Position numbers and translations under genes: made by a program
The notes under the pieces: model-generated
What the model was told of the DNA's origin: nothing
Database searches by the model: none
What the model saw: only the letters and a program-made list of their open reading frames with translations
Shown here: positions 26,294 through 35,153 of the stretch, one piece after another
How positions within the stretch are numbered: the stretch's first letter is position 1
How the letters are laid out: every line of letters starts with the position of its first letter
Source: a virus
Taxonomy: Duplodnaviria > Caudoviricetes
Virus record (IMG/VR): IMGVR_UViG_3300033463_000093
Location: 8,099-72,098 of that record
Reading direction: 5' to 3' (one strand)
Length of the DNA stretch: 64,000 bases

Positions 26294-27121
26294 AATCGTA
26301 CTTTTTTCAAGTTGGTTAAAATTCGTAGACGGGAGCAGGTCTCCCTGACATCCCGCCCGTAGTCTCTCCCACTTCGTTCTTTATCGTACTCGCTTCTCCT
26401 GGGACTCTCCGTTTCCGGACATCTTTGCCCCAACCGTGGGATGTGGCAGTTTTGTGAATCGTACTGCCAAACCATTCTTTATCGTTCGGGTCTTGCACCC
26501 TAAATATCTTTCGTTGCAGCCGTTCTCCGTACTTGCGTACTCGTTCGGCCCGACCATCCTAAAGTGATTAAATGTGTTGTCGTACTCGTCGACGGGAACC
26601 ACCACGACAGAATCGCTCATCTGCCGTACTGCACAGGGCAGTCGTTCTCGGCCAGTAGCCAGCCGTTATTATCGTACTCGCTCACGCGAGGAATAATAGA
26701 CTAAAAGAATATGATTTATTCATGATAAGCCCTCGCCGTGCATTCAGCGGGTGGGAATATCCTCTCACGTCACCGGCTAATAAGACTCAGTCGTTCTCTT
26801 GCTCTCGCTCAACGCCTATCCGTTCACCTGACCCACATCTGCATCTTGACTTGCGACCGCTATCTCTCTCTCAGCGCTCCGTTCCGTATCGTACTTGGCT
26901 ACGCATCCTGCGCTGGTCGCCCGTGGCTTCGGTTCGCCGTTCACGGAACACGTCCGTCACGGCTCAGCCTGCGTATCGGCTGCGGCTCCTCCTACTCCGT
27001 ACAGAGTACGTCATCGGTCTCCGCATACGCTCTAACCGCTTGAATGCTGTTCGTCCGGGCTTGCAACCGGCATCCCGAAGGATGGCCACATTACAGGGAG
27101 TCACACTCCCTGTGCTCTGTG

Positions 27122-27232
27122 TCAGATTTGGGAAATCACGTCCGCTATCATCAGCGCCAGCGACACCGCAGCGCTCAGCGCTCCCACGACGATCCCGATC
27201 CTCGCAAGGATGACTATCTTCTTCTCGCTCAT
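27122..27232 (-). CDS. 36-aa membrane peptide
   Basis: manual translation MSEKKIVILARIGIVVGALSAAVSLALMIADVISQI*. Confidence 0.45.
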   Translation of the reverse strand: MSEKKIVILARIGIVVGALSAAVSLALMIADVISQI

Positions 27233-27237
27233 ATCGT

Positions 27238-27528
27238 TCAGTATTCTATCGTGTTGTTCATCAGCCCGTTCCAGAATCCCATGAGGTCCTTCACGCTGCT
27301 GTCGTTCGTGGTCAGGCAGATGTCGCTCGCCATGTTGTTCTTCTTGATGTATTCCGTATTGAGCTCCACCATTTTGCTGACAATCGTGTCAGCGTATTTC
27401 CGTTCGAGGGATTCGGGGATGCTCACGGGAAATTGCTCGTAACAGATTCCAGGGTACGGGATTTCCCTGCGGTAGCGCAACAATATCCAGATTGTTCGCT
27501 CGTTCCGTTTGTTCGTTCGTTTACTCAT
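27238..27528 (-). CDS. hypothetical protein
   Basis: ORF track; GAACGATATG start context shared with neighbour. Confidence 0.6.
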   Translation of the reverse strand: MSKRTNKRNERTIWILLRYRREIPYPGICYEQFPVSIPESLERKYADTIVSKMVELNTEYIKKNNMASDICLTTNDSSVKDLMGFWNGLMNNTIEY

Positions 27529-27716
27529 ATCGTTCGTTCGTTCATATCGTTCGGGCTGTTCGTTCGGCTCGCCCGTTTCTCCGTCACGTCTGCATTTATA
27601 GAGGCTTGTGACTCTCAGGGGATCAGATCCCTGGCTGCATTACCGGAAAATAAACACAAACAAGGAGAGGGACAGGTTTTTCCTGTCCTCTCCTTATTAG
27701 GTCGGTGTGTGCTATC

Positions 27717-28106
27717 TTACTTTCCCGTAAGCATTGCCAATAAGGCCTGTTTTTGCTCTAAGGTCAAGTTAGCGAACTCTTTGTTCAAGTTGTTGTTAGC
27801 TACTTTCTCCTTGTTCAGCCGATAGCGTATATAAGTTGCAATGGCGGTTTTGTCATCGGTGGTGGGCACTAAATACCATTTTACACCATCAGATTCAAAG
27901 GTTTTCACCTTGTCCATATTTTCCGGACGGCTGTCGGTTACTTTGTATTTGCCGTTTTCGGTACGCTCACATACCGCTTTGATAAAGTTTTCACCCGTCA
28001 CCAACTCAATAACTGAGTTCACACTTTTGAGAAAACTTTCTTTCGTTGTCTCTCTTACTACTCTACCGCTCTTTTCGTTGTTAGCAGTCTTTGTTACTTT
28101 TGCCAT
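27717..28106 (-). CDS. first gene of leftward accessory/early operon, hypothetical
   Basis: start re-called at MAKVTKT; promoter box upstream. Confidence 0.7.
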   Translation of the reverse strand: MAKVTKTANNEKSGRVVRETTKESFLKSVNSVIELVTGENFIKAVCERTENGKYKVTDSRPENMDKVKTFESDGVKWYLVPTTDDKTAIATYIRYRLNKEKVANNNLNKEFANLTLEQKQALLAMLTGK

Positions 28107-28173
28107 AATTGAAAAATTTTTTGTGTCCCCTCTTGTGGGTGGTAGGACTTGCACCCTTATTGATTTCTTTATG

Positions 28174-28181
28174 CAAAGTTA
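28174..28181 (-). promoter_or_regulatory. -7 promoter box for leftward accessory array
   Basis: TAACTTTG on minus strand. Confidence 0.6.
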
Positions 28182-28281
28182 CGAAAATATTTCGATATTT
28201 GCAATACTTTTGATATATTTATGTCGATATAATTTTCCGGTTTGTACAAAAATATTTATCAAACGTCGACGAAAAGAGTAT

Positions 28282-28517
28282 GAAAAAGTTTTTACAATTA
28301 GAATATTCTAATTGTAGAATTTTCTAAATAGGAGGGGAAGCGGCGTGCCGGAAAAATTTTGAAAAATGTTTACAATATAGGGTCTGTGTGGGCACACAGA
28401 ACCTATATTATAATATATAATATAGGTGGGCATGTGAAAAATATTTTACAATAAATTTGCTGAAACTGCCTACATACTGGGGTTTTAGAGAATTTCGAAA
28501 TGAAAAATCTTTACAAG
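28282..28517. repeat. four spaced direct repeats GAAAAA(N2-3)TTTACAA
   Basis: copies at 28282, 28361, 28436, 28502; palindrome TTAGAATATTCTAA at 28298-28311. Confidence 0.55.
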
Positions 28518-28776
28518 AAATCTTGTAAAGAAATTTCATAATACGGGGTACACCCCCTTGGGCTGGCACACTTTTTGCGCGCGGTCGCCTCTCGAAAATT
28601 TTTTCCCCCGTTTTTCAACTATAATTAACAGTTATTAACACGATTTTCTACCATGAGTATTATCATACACTCCCTATGTATAATAATTATATGTATAATA
28701 TATATCGTACATATTAAAAATATTTAATTATACTATGTTTTTATAGAAATAGTGTGTGATATTACTGATATTTTCG

Positions 28777-28784
28777 TATCTTTG
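28777..28784 (+). promoter_or_regulatory. -7 promoter box for rightward operon
   Basis: TATCTTTG. Confidence 0.6.
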
Positions 28785-28957
28785 CAGGTGTTTTGGTATA
28801 ACGCGATATAAATAGGAACATGCATGCATAAATAAGGGTTTGGGGTTTTGCGGGTTTTTGCTCATGAAAATCTCTGGAAACCTCTGTGTTTATCGGCATT
28901 TCGGGTTCCGGGTTATCGGTCACTCCTTAAAAACCGATCGCTCATATCGCTCACTAA

Positions 28958-30520
28958 TTGTTCCTTTTTGAGTTTTTTGTGAAGGACAGCGGTGTAATAG
29001 ACCAGGTGTTCGGCAGTATTGTCAAGGAGTCGATGGCTGAGTGCTACGACTTTGCCCATCTGCGTGGCCGTTGGGGCTACAGGAGCGGTGACATATACCA
29101 GCAGAACCTGTTGCTGATGAACAAGAACGTGCGTGCGCTGGCCCGTGCCTGTCCCGTTCTGTACGGTGAGGGTGAGTACTGGCTCTTCGACGGCAGGATC
29201 TACGTCCCCGTGAGGGAGGAGCTTGTCATAGAGGCGTTCTACAGGATGGTGGAGTACCTTGAGATCATGCCTGCCGTGCAGAACAAGGCTCTGGCGAAGG
29301 TCTTCACGGACAACATCAGGTACTACAACCCGATGGTGCAGTCGAGGAACCTGATAGCCTTCGAGAACGGTGTTTTGGACATCAGTCCGATCCTGAGGGG
29401 CAGCAAGCCCGTCTTCCATACGGAGTTCTCCCCGAACTTCCATGTGACGTACTACCACCCGTACAGGTACGACGAGCAGGCGAAGTGCACGAAGTGGCTG
29501 AACTTCCTGCACGAGGTCCTTCCCGACAAGAACTCGAGGGTCATACTCCAGATGTTCCTCGGCCTCGGTCTCATAGACTCCAGCGAGGTGTACCTGCCCT
29601 ATGAGGGGAAGGATGCCTCGAGGGTCGAGCTGTGCCTCCTGCTCATAGGCAGCGGCGGCAACGGCAAGAGCGTCATCTACAGGACGGCCAGGGGCGTGTA
29701 CGGCTCCGAGAGGATCTCCGACGTCCCGTACGTCGAGCTGACGATGACGGGCGACGAGGGCATGAGGGCGAGGCTCCCGCTCAGGCACAAGATCTTCAAC
29801 TGGTCCACGGAGGAGGACTCGCGGAACTTCTGTAGGAGGAACACGAGCACCTTCAAGAGGATCGTCTCGGGCGAGCCGGTGATGGACCGCAGGCTCGGCG
29901 GGAACATCACGAAGAACGACAACCTCCCGTACCTCGTGTTCCACCTCAACGAGCTTCCGTACCCGGACGACCAGAGCCTCGGGTTCATCAGGAGGTTGCA
30001 GTTCATAAGCTTCGACGTCACCGTTCCCAAGGAGAGGAGGAACCCGCACCTCGCGCAGGACCTGATAACGAACTACCCCGGCATCTTCAACTGGATCGTC
30101 AGGGGCGCCTGCGACGTGGTGAGGCGGCGCTTCGTGTTCCCTCCCAGCGAGGGGCACCGCAGGCAGCTGCTGCTGACGCAGCTGAGGAGCAACCCCGTCG
30201 TGGCGTGGGTGAACGCCTACGGGCTCAGGTGGGAGATGCGCGCCAAGAACGAGACGTCGGTGTGGATACAGTCGTCGGACATCATGGCGAGCATAGAGGC
30301 GTTCTGCCAGGACAACGAGATGGACGCCCCGTCGGGTCAGAAGGTCGGCGCCACGCTGAACAGGCTCGGCTTCTCCAACAGGCGCAGGTCCGCCGGCAAG
30401 GAGTATCAGGTCTTCGGGTGCACGCCCGACCATATCAGCAGGCCCTTCGTGATCTCCAAGGAGCGCATAGGGCTTGAGTACGTCGAGGAGAAGGGAACGT
30501 TCATCAGGGAGGACGATTAG
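28958..30520 (+). CDS. D5/P4-type SF3 helicase (primase-helicase family; no primase domain seen; start uncertain, possibly 29033)
   Basis: D5_N 'NLIAFENGVLD', Walker A GSGGNGKS, 'GFIRRL..ISF'. Confidence 0.85.
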   Translation: MFLFEFFVKDSGVIDQVFGSIVKESMAECYDFAHLRGRWGYRSGDIYQQNLLLMNKNVRALARACPVLYGEGEYWLFDGRIYVPVREELVIEAFYRMVEYLEIMPAVQNKALAKVFTDNIRYYNPMVQSRNLIAFENGVLDISPILRGSKPVFHTEFSPNFHVTYYHPYRYDEQAKCTKWLNFLHEVLPDKNSRVILQMFLGLGLIDSSEVYLPYEGKDASRVELCLLLIGSGGNGKSVIYRTARGVYGSERISDVPYVELTMTGDEGMRARLPLRHKIFNWSTEEDSRNFCRRNTSTFKRIVSGEPVMDRRLGGNITKNDNLPYLVFHLNELPYPDDQSLGFIRRLQFISFDVTVPKERRNPHLAQDLITNYPGIFNWIVRGACDVVRRRFVFPPSEGHRRQLLLTQLRSNPVVAWVNAYGLRWEMRAKNETSVWIQSSDIMASIEAFCQDNEMDAPSGQKVGATLNRLGFSNRRRSAGKEYQVFGCTPDHISRPFVISKERIGLEYVEEKGTFIREDD

Positions 30521-30521
30521 C

Positions 30522-30824
30522 ATGGCAAGGAAGAAGAGAAAGATCGTGATGGGGCTTACGCGCCGTGAGGAGGCCGACGTGATCGACTTCATTGACAGGA
30601 CCTTCGGCGGTAAGGACGAACGCTTCCGCGCGGAGCAGTGGATGGCCGCCGGCTACTATATCGTGCTGGCGGCGATGAAGATGCTGGTCAGGCAGGGGGT
30701 GACGCTGCCCGACGCATACAAGGTCGCCTGTGACGGCTTCGGGGACCTCTTCGAGTACGTCATGGCCGACTTCGGCGAGTTCAGGGACCTTTATGTGAGC
30801 TGTCTTAACGGTGATGCGTCATGA
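30522..30824 (+). CDS. hypothetical protein
   Basis: start re-called at MARKKRK. Confidence 0.65.
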   Translation: MARKKRKIVMGLTRREEADVIDFIDRTFGGKDERFRAEQWMAAGYYIVLAAMKMLVRQGVTLPDAYKVACDGFGDLFEYVMADFGEFRDLYVSCLNGDAS

Positions 30825-30849
30825 GGAAGGGTGGTAAATTCGGCAGGCT

Positions 30850-31422
30850 ATGATACTCGGGAGTCACAATTCATGGTCGTACCTCCCCGTGAAAAGGTGG
30901 TGGATGAGGCCGCTGGCGTTCATGGCGCGCTGCCAGTCCGTCGACATCAAAAGGCAGTACGAGCTCGGCGTCAGGTGCTTCGACCTGCGGGTGCGCTTTG
31001 AATACGGACAGTTCCTGGTCGCACACGGCATAATAGAATACGACATCGACAGGGAGGCTCTGAGGAAAGACTTGGAGTGGATAGACGCCAGAAAGGACTG
31101 TATGGTTAGGGTGCTGCACGAGGTGAGGACAAAGAAGCAGTATGAAACCACATCGAAGATCTTCTTTGAGAGCTTCTGTTATGTTATTCAGTCGGACTAC
31201 AGGAACATCCGGTTCTGGAACGGCAGGAACCTCTACAACGAGGAGAAGGACTACGACTTCGGATGGGAGCCGTCCAACGACGGGAAGTACGCCTCCGTCT
31301 GCCCGCCGTGGCTCGTCGACGACTGGTGGCCGTGGCTGTATGCTCGGCTGCACAACAGGAGGAACCTCGAAAAGGGGACCGACAAGGAGGTTTTATTGAT
31401 AGATTTTGTAGACATAAAATGA
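30850..31422 (+). CDS. PI-PLC X-domain-like phosphodiesterase
   Basis: 'GSHNS', 'CQSVDIKRQYELGVRCFDLRV', 'LVAHG'. Confidence 0.8.
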   Translation: MILGSHNSWSYLPVKRWWMRPLAFMARCQSVDIKRQYELGVRCFDLRVRFEYGQFLVAHGIIEYDIDREALRKDLEWIDARKDCMVRVLHEVRTKKQYETTSKIFFESFCYVIQSDYRNIRFWNGRNLYNEEKDYDFGWEPSNDGKYASVCPPWLVDDWWPWLYARLHNRRNLEKGTDKEVLLIDFVDIK

Positions 31423-31979
31423 GAACAGTTATGGAAGAGAAGAAGACATTGAGTTTCGGGAAGAGATACCGGGTTGGTAACTTCCAGGTGATAAAGATCA
31501 ACAAGGTGCTGCGCCGTCAGGAGGTGGCTGAGCTGCGCAACCAGCTCGGCATACCCATGGAGGAGCGTAAGAAGCTACAGCGGGCGCAGCTGCCGTTCAT
31601 CAAGGTTGAGGCCGTCAGCGGCGTCTGGGCCGTGGAGTTTTCCTGCGCCACGTCGATGTACCGCTTCATAGACATCCTGCTCGCCCGTGCCATAGAGGCC
31701 GAGGAGAACGGGGAGAGGCTCGACATCAACAGCGTCGCGGACTTCGCGCACATCTTCAGCATGATGTTCACCGACACGACGATACTCGGCGACGGCCAGT
31801 ACCTCGCCGACAAGGGGAAGGCGCTGAGGGGTCTCCTTGACCGCCAGAATGCCGAGGATGTGAGTCAGGAGGATGATGACAAGGAGCTTGACCAGATGGA
31901 GGCCGACGAGGAGGCAAAGGCCAATATCATCGACATGGCAGGACAGATAGGAAAGGAGGCCGGCGATGAAGGTAAGTGA
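31419..31979 (+). CDS. hypothetical protein
   Basis: start re-called at MRTVMEE (ATGA overlap). Confidence 0.7.
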   Translation: MRTVMEEKKTLSFGKRYRVGNFQVIKINKVLRRQEVAELRNQLGIPMEERKKLQRAQLPFIKVEAVSGVWAVEFSCATSMYRFIDILLARAIEAEENGERLDINSVADFAHIFSMMFTDTTILGDGQYLADKGKALRGLLDRQNAEDVSQEDDDKELDQMEADEEAKANIIDMAGQIGKEAGDEGK

Positions 31980-32178
31980 CAGGATCTTGAACATCATCGA
32001 GGACCATGCGTGCATCACGCAGTTCCTCGACCAGGTGTGCTGTGCGCTCGAGAACGGCGACACGGACATGCCGAACTTCGTACCTGTGCTCCATGACACG
32101 CTCGTCACGGACCAGCTCAGCATAATCGCAAGGAACCTTACGGAAAGGAGGAAGAGGGATGAAGGTGATAGGGGTTGA
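31966..32178 (+). CDS. small hypothetical protein
   Basis: ORF track; overlaps both neighbours. Confidence 0.6.
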   Translation: MKVSDRILNIIEDHACITQFLDQVCCALENGDTDMPNFVPVLHDTLVTDQLSIIARNLTERRKRDEGDRG

Positions 32179-32638
32179 TCCGGGCGAGTCCGGCGGCATT
32201 GCCGTCATTGACCACGCCCACAAGGTGATAGAGGTATCGAACATGCCCGACACGCCCATGGACATCCTCGAGTTCCTGAGGAAGTACGATCCGTCGGAGA
32301 CCATAGTCTACCTTGAGGATGTCGGAAAGGGCATGCCGGGCCAGAGCTCGTCTGCCACGGCGAAGTTCGCCCGCCACAACGGACACCTCGAGATGGCGTT
32401 GCTGGCGCTCGGCATGAGGACGGTGAAGGCCACCCCTCAGAAGTGGCAGAAGATGTACCAGCTCGGCAAGAGCGGAGAGTACGGGAAGACCGAATGGAAG
32501 AACCGTCTCAAGGCGAAGGCGCAGGAGCTGTTCCCCGACCTCGGCAAGAAGGTCACGCTGAAGACCTGTGACGCCCTTTTGATAGCATTGTATGGTATTA
32601 GAAATGAGTTCAGACTGGACAATGATGGAGTTCTTTGA
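32159..32638 (+). CDS. ruvC: RuvC-like Holliday junction resolvase
   Basis: 'IGVDPG..GGIA', 'VYLEDV', 'TPQKWQK', 'DALLIA'. Confidence 0.85.
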   Translation: MKVIGVDPGESGGIAVIDHAHKVIEVSNMPDTPMDILEFLRKYDPSETIVYLEDVGKGMPGQSSSATAKFARHNGHLEMALLALGMRTVKATPQKWQKMYQLGKSGEYGKTEWKNRLKAKAQELFPDLGKKVTLKTCDALLIALYGIRNEFRLDNDGVL

Positions 32639-32819
32639 CCATAGACAGCTGAAGGGTATGTGGCACAGCGAGGGCCTTGTCCCGGACAATGCCGTCCTTG
32701 TCACCTATCCTGACGGCGACCAGTATCTGTATGTGTTCTATGAGGAGAAGAGGACGACGTTCTACACGTTCTGCCAGGCATCGTGCATATTGTCGTCAGG
32801 CAGCAACAGGGACAAGTGA
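32622..32819 (+). CDS. small hypothetical protein
   Basis: start re-called at MMEFFD. Confidence 0.5.
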   Translation: MMEFFDHRQLKGMWHSEGLVPDNAVLVTYPDGDQYLYVFYEEKRTTFYTFCQASCILSSGSNRDK

Positions 32820-32836
32820 TTGTTAAATACAGGATT

Positions 32837-33058
32837 ATGGTTGAATTAAAGGAATTTATCCGTGTGACGTCCATATATGACGGGATGCCTGCCCTCATAC
32901 GCTCCGCGTGCATAGAGAGCGTCGAGGACAACGCCGAGCAGCGTAACGGCGACATGATAAAGCTGCCGTGCAGGACGATATACTACTCGGGACACAGCCT
33001 CGACGTCATCGAGGGCTTCGAGGAGATAGTGGACATGATCTACAGGGCGGAGATGTAA
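32837..33058 (+). CDS. small hypothetical protein
   Basis: start re-called at MVELKEF. Confidence 0.6.
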   Translation: MVELKEFIRVTSIYDGMPALIRSACIESVEDNAEQRNGDMIKLPCRTIYYSGHSLDVIEGFEEIVDMIYRAEM

Positions 33059-33252
33059 TGGCTAAAAAGAAGGATACCGTTGAGATGCACCGCTGCGGGG
33101 AGTGTGCCAATATCACTCCCGTGACGCGCTTCCATACGCTGAACATATACGGCGAGCCGACGCTCGGCACATGTCCATACTGGACTCTGAGCAAGTGTAC
33201 GCTGCTGTCGTGGATGAGCCCCTGCATTCACTTCAGGCCGAAGGGCGGTTGA
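33058..33252 (+). CDS. small Zn-binding protein
   Basis: HRCGEC...TCPY...C; TAATG coupling. Confidence 0.65.
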   Translation: MAKKKDTVEMHRCGECANITPVTRFHTLNIYGEPTLGTCPYWTLSKCTLLSWMSPCIHFRPKGG

Positions 33253-33255
33253 CGG

Positions 33256-33468
33256 CTATGCCGAGCAGTACACCTCAACCCTGTACTCGATGTTGCAGAC
33301 CGAGTACAGGCCATCCGTGAAGACCTGCCGGCATGCGCTCCTCCTTTCGGAATCCGACATGTCTATGGCATGCAGCCACGAGTCCACGACGTCGAGGTCC
33401 GTCAGCGTCACGCCCCGCATTGCGAGGATGCTCACCGCGTTGTCGGCAGGTTCAAGGCTTGTCGTCAT
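33256..33468 (-). CDS. hypothetical protein
   Basis: ORF track; last gene of leftward module. Confidence 0.5.
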   Translation of the reverse strand: MTTSLEPADNAVSILAMRGVTLTDLDVVDSWLHAIDMSDSERRSACRQVFTDGLYSVCNIEYRVEVYCSA

Positions 33469-33850
33469 TGCACGGTCTCCCCAGCAGCTCCACGGCCTTG
33501 CGCATCAGGAAGCCTATCGTCCATGCGAAGTCCTCCGTGTAGGGCCTGACGTAATAATGTTCGCAGATGGCCGACGCGGCATGGTACAGCTCGTGCGTCA
33601 CCGTGTCCCAGAACTGTTCCCCCGATGTCGCGTTGCCGATGAAGACGAGGCTCATCCTGATATCGTCCCTCGATACACACATTCCTGTGTTTTCCCGGAA
33701 CAGCAGTATGTCGACGGCCGTGTCGAGGCTTCCTCCCCGCATGCCGAACGACATCATTGCCGCCCTCATCTCGTATTCGTCGAGCCTGCGCAGGTCCGAG
33801 CACAGGATGACGCCCCAGTCGTCATCGACGTTTATGTAATCCTTCCTCAT
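33452..33850 (-). CDS. HExxH (zincin-like) protein
   Basis: 'VTHELYHA'. Confidence 0.65.
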   Translation of the reverse strand: MRKDYINVDDDWGVILCSDLRRLDEYEMRAAMMSFGMRGGSLDTAVDILLFRENTGMCVSRDDIRMSLVFIGNATSGEQFWDTVTHELYHAASAICEHYYVRPYTEDFAWTIGFLMRKAVELLGRPCNDDKP

Positions 33851-33853
33851 GGC

Positions 33854-34252
33854 CTATATGAACCGTTCCCAGTAGACGGGTATCCCTGCGTTGCACATCT
33901 TTGCCACGAAGCACGCGAGGACGTTCGACGGGTCGCCGTCCGGATCCATAAGCGTCTCCTCGACGTATGTGGACCGCTGCTTGTCCGTGGTCATCGTCTT
34001 CGGGTAGTCTGCCACGCTCATCATGAACAGATACCATGCCGTGTATATGTACCTGTCAGGTATGCTGACGCCGTTTGCACGGAGTATCTCCGCCACGTCG
34101 TCCACCGACCGCTGCGCCACGGGCTTCATCGTCCCTGTGGCGGAGTCCTTCGTCTCCATGTTCCCGATGGCCCATTTCGCCAGCTTACGGCTGAATTGGC
34201 CGTGATAGAGGTCCTGGTACATGGCCTCCTCTTCTGAAATATACTGTCTCAT
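33854..34252 (-). CDS. conserved gut-phage hypothetical protein
   Basis: 'YHGQFSRKLAKWAI...DPDG' pattern. Confidence 0.7.
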   Translation of the reverse strand: MRQYISEEEAMYQDLYHGQFSRKLAKWAIGNMETKDSATGTMKPVAQRSVDDVAEILRANGVSIPDRYIYTAWYLFMMSVADYPKTMTTDKQRSTYVEETLMDPDGDPSNVLACFVAKMCNAGIPVYWERFI

Positions 34253-34323
34253 TCTTTTGAAAGTTTATGGTTGATTACTTGAACCCGGGGGCATCCCATG
34301 ACGGGACACCCCCTTGTCGTTGA

Positions 34324-34557
34324 TTAGATGAACCTGCCGCGTGAGTCGCGTGAACGGCGGTAGTGCTCCTCGCCCATGTCGTCCTCGGAGTCTTCCCATC
34401 CGTGCCTGTAGCCCTCACGGTAGCCTTGTTCGTAGCCACCTCTCATGCCGATGCCTTCGTGTGTGCGGTATCCTCCACGGTAGCCGTGGCGCATGTTCCC
34501 GCGCATCTCTGAGCGCATCTGCTCCTTGTCGCTGTCGTTGATGATGATTACTGGCAT
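34324..34557 (-). CDS. Arg/Gly/Tyr-rich small protein
   Basis: RGGY repeats, C-terminal RSRDSRGRFI. Confidence 0.7.
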   Translation of the reverse strand: MPVIIINDSDKEQMRSEMRGNMRHGYRGGYRTHEGIGMRGGYEQGYREGYRHGWEDSEDDMGEEHYRRSRDSRGRFI

Positions 34558-34577
34558 AGTCTTAACATTTTAGGGAC

Positions 34578-35120
34578 TCAGTTCTTGGACGCCGGCTCGA
34601 AGAAGTCGTTGAGCCTCGAGAGGATCTGGTCGAGTTTCTTGTCCTGTGCGTCCTGACGCTCCTCCAGCTTCTGTATGACCCTGGCCTGCGCCTTGTTCTC
34701 CGCATACTGCGGGTTGAGCGTCTCGACCATTTTCTCGTACACGGGGAGTGCCTCCTCGTGGTACGGGGTCATCTCGACATGCTTCCTTGATTCCTGCATC
34801 CTTGCGTCGATGGCCTGCAATGTGGCCTCCCTGCTGATGCTGACAAACGTGTTGCCGTTGTTGTATGTCGAACTCTCCGCGCTGACGGGGAGGTTGTTGA
34901 ACGGCACGTCGCTGCCGTCGATGGAGACGACCACGTCCACGATATTGTTCTGCCCGTTCATGGCGGCCAGTCCGTTGAGGATGTTGGGCGTCTGTGTCTG
35001 ATACGGCATCTTCGGCTCGCTCTTCGACTTCACGACACCAATCTGCAAAACAGGCTTCTTGCCTTCGTACCTGTTGAGTACATAAAACGGCGAACCAGCG
35101 CCAATACTGTTGAAATCCAT
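34578..35120 (-). CDS. conserved gut-phage hypothetical protein
   Basis: ORF track; coiled-coil C-terminus. Confidence 0.75.
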   Translation of the reverse strand: MDFNSIGAGSPFYVLNRYEGKKPVLQIGVVKSKSEPKMPYQTQTPNILNGLAAMNGQNNIVDVVVSIDGSDVPFNNLPVSAESSTYNNGNTFVSISREATLQAIDARMQESRKHVEMTPYHEEALPVYEKMVETLNPQYAENKAQARVIQKLEERQDAQDKKLDQILSRLNDFFEPASKN

Positions 35121-35153
35121 TGTTTGAACCTTTTTAATGTTGATACTCCCTGA

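Noticed and set aside
26360-26366. Inverted copy of the TAGTCTC core (also GAGACTA at about 56371)
   Set aside because: Single short matches without the full hairpin-leader context in that orientation; compatible with chance.
28913-30592. 559-aa minus-strand ORF
   Set aside because: Antisense shadow of the helicase gene, caused by GC-rich third positions; no recognisable motifs.
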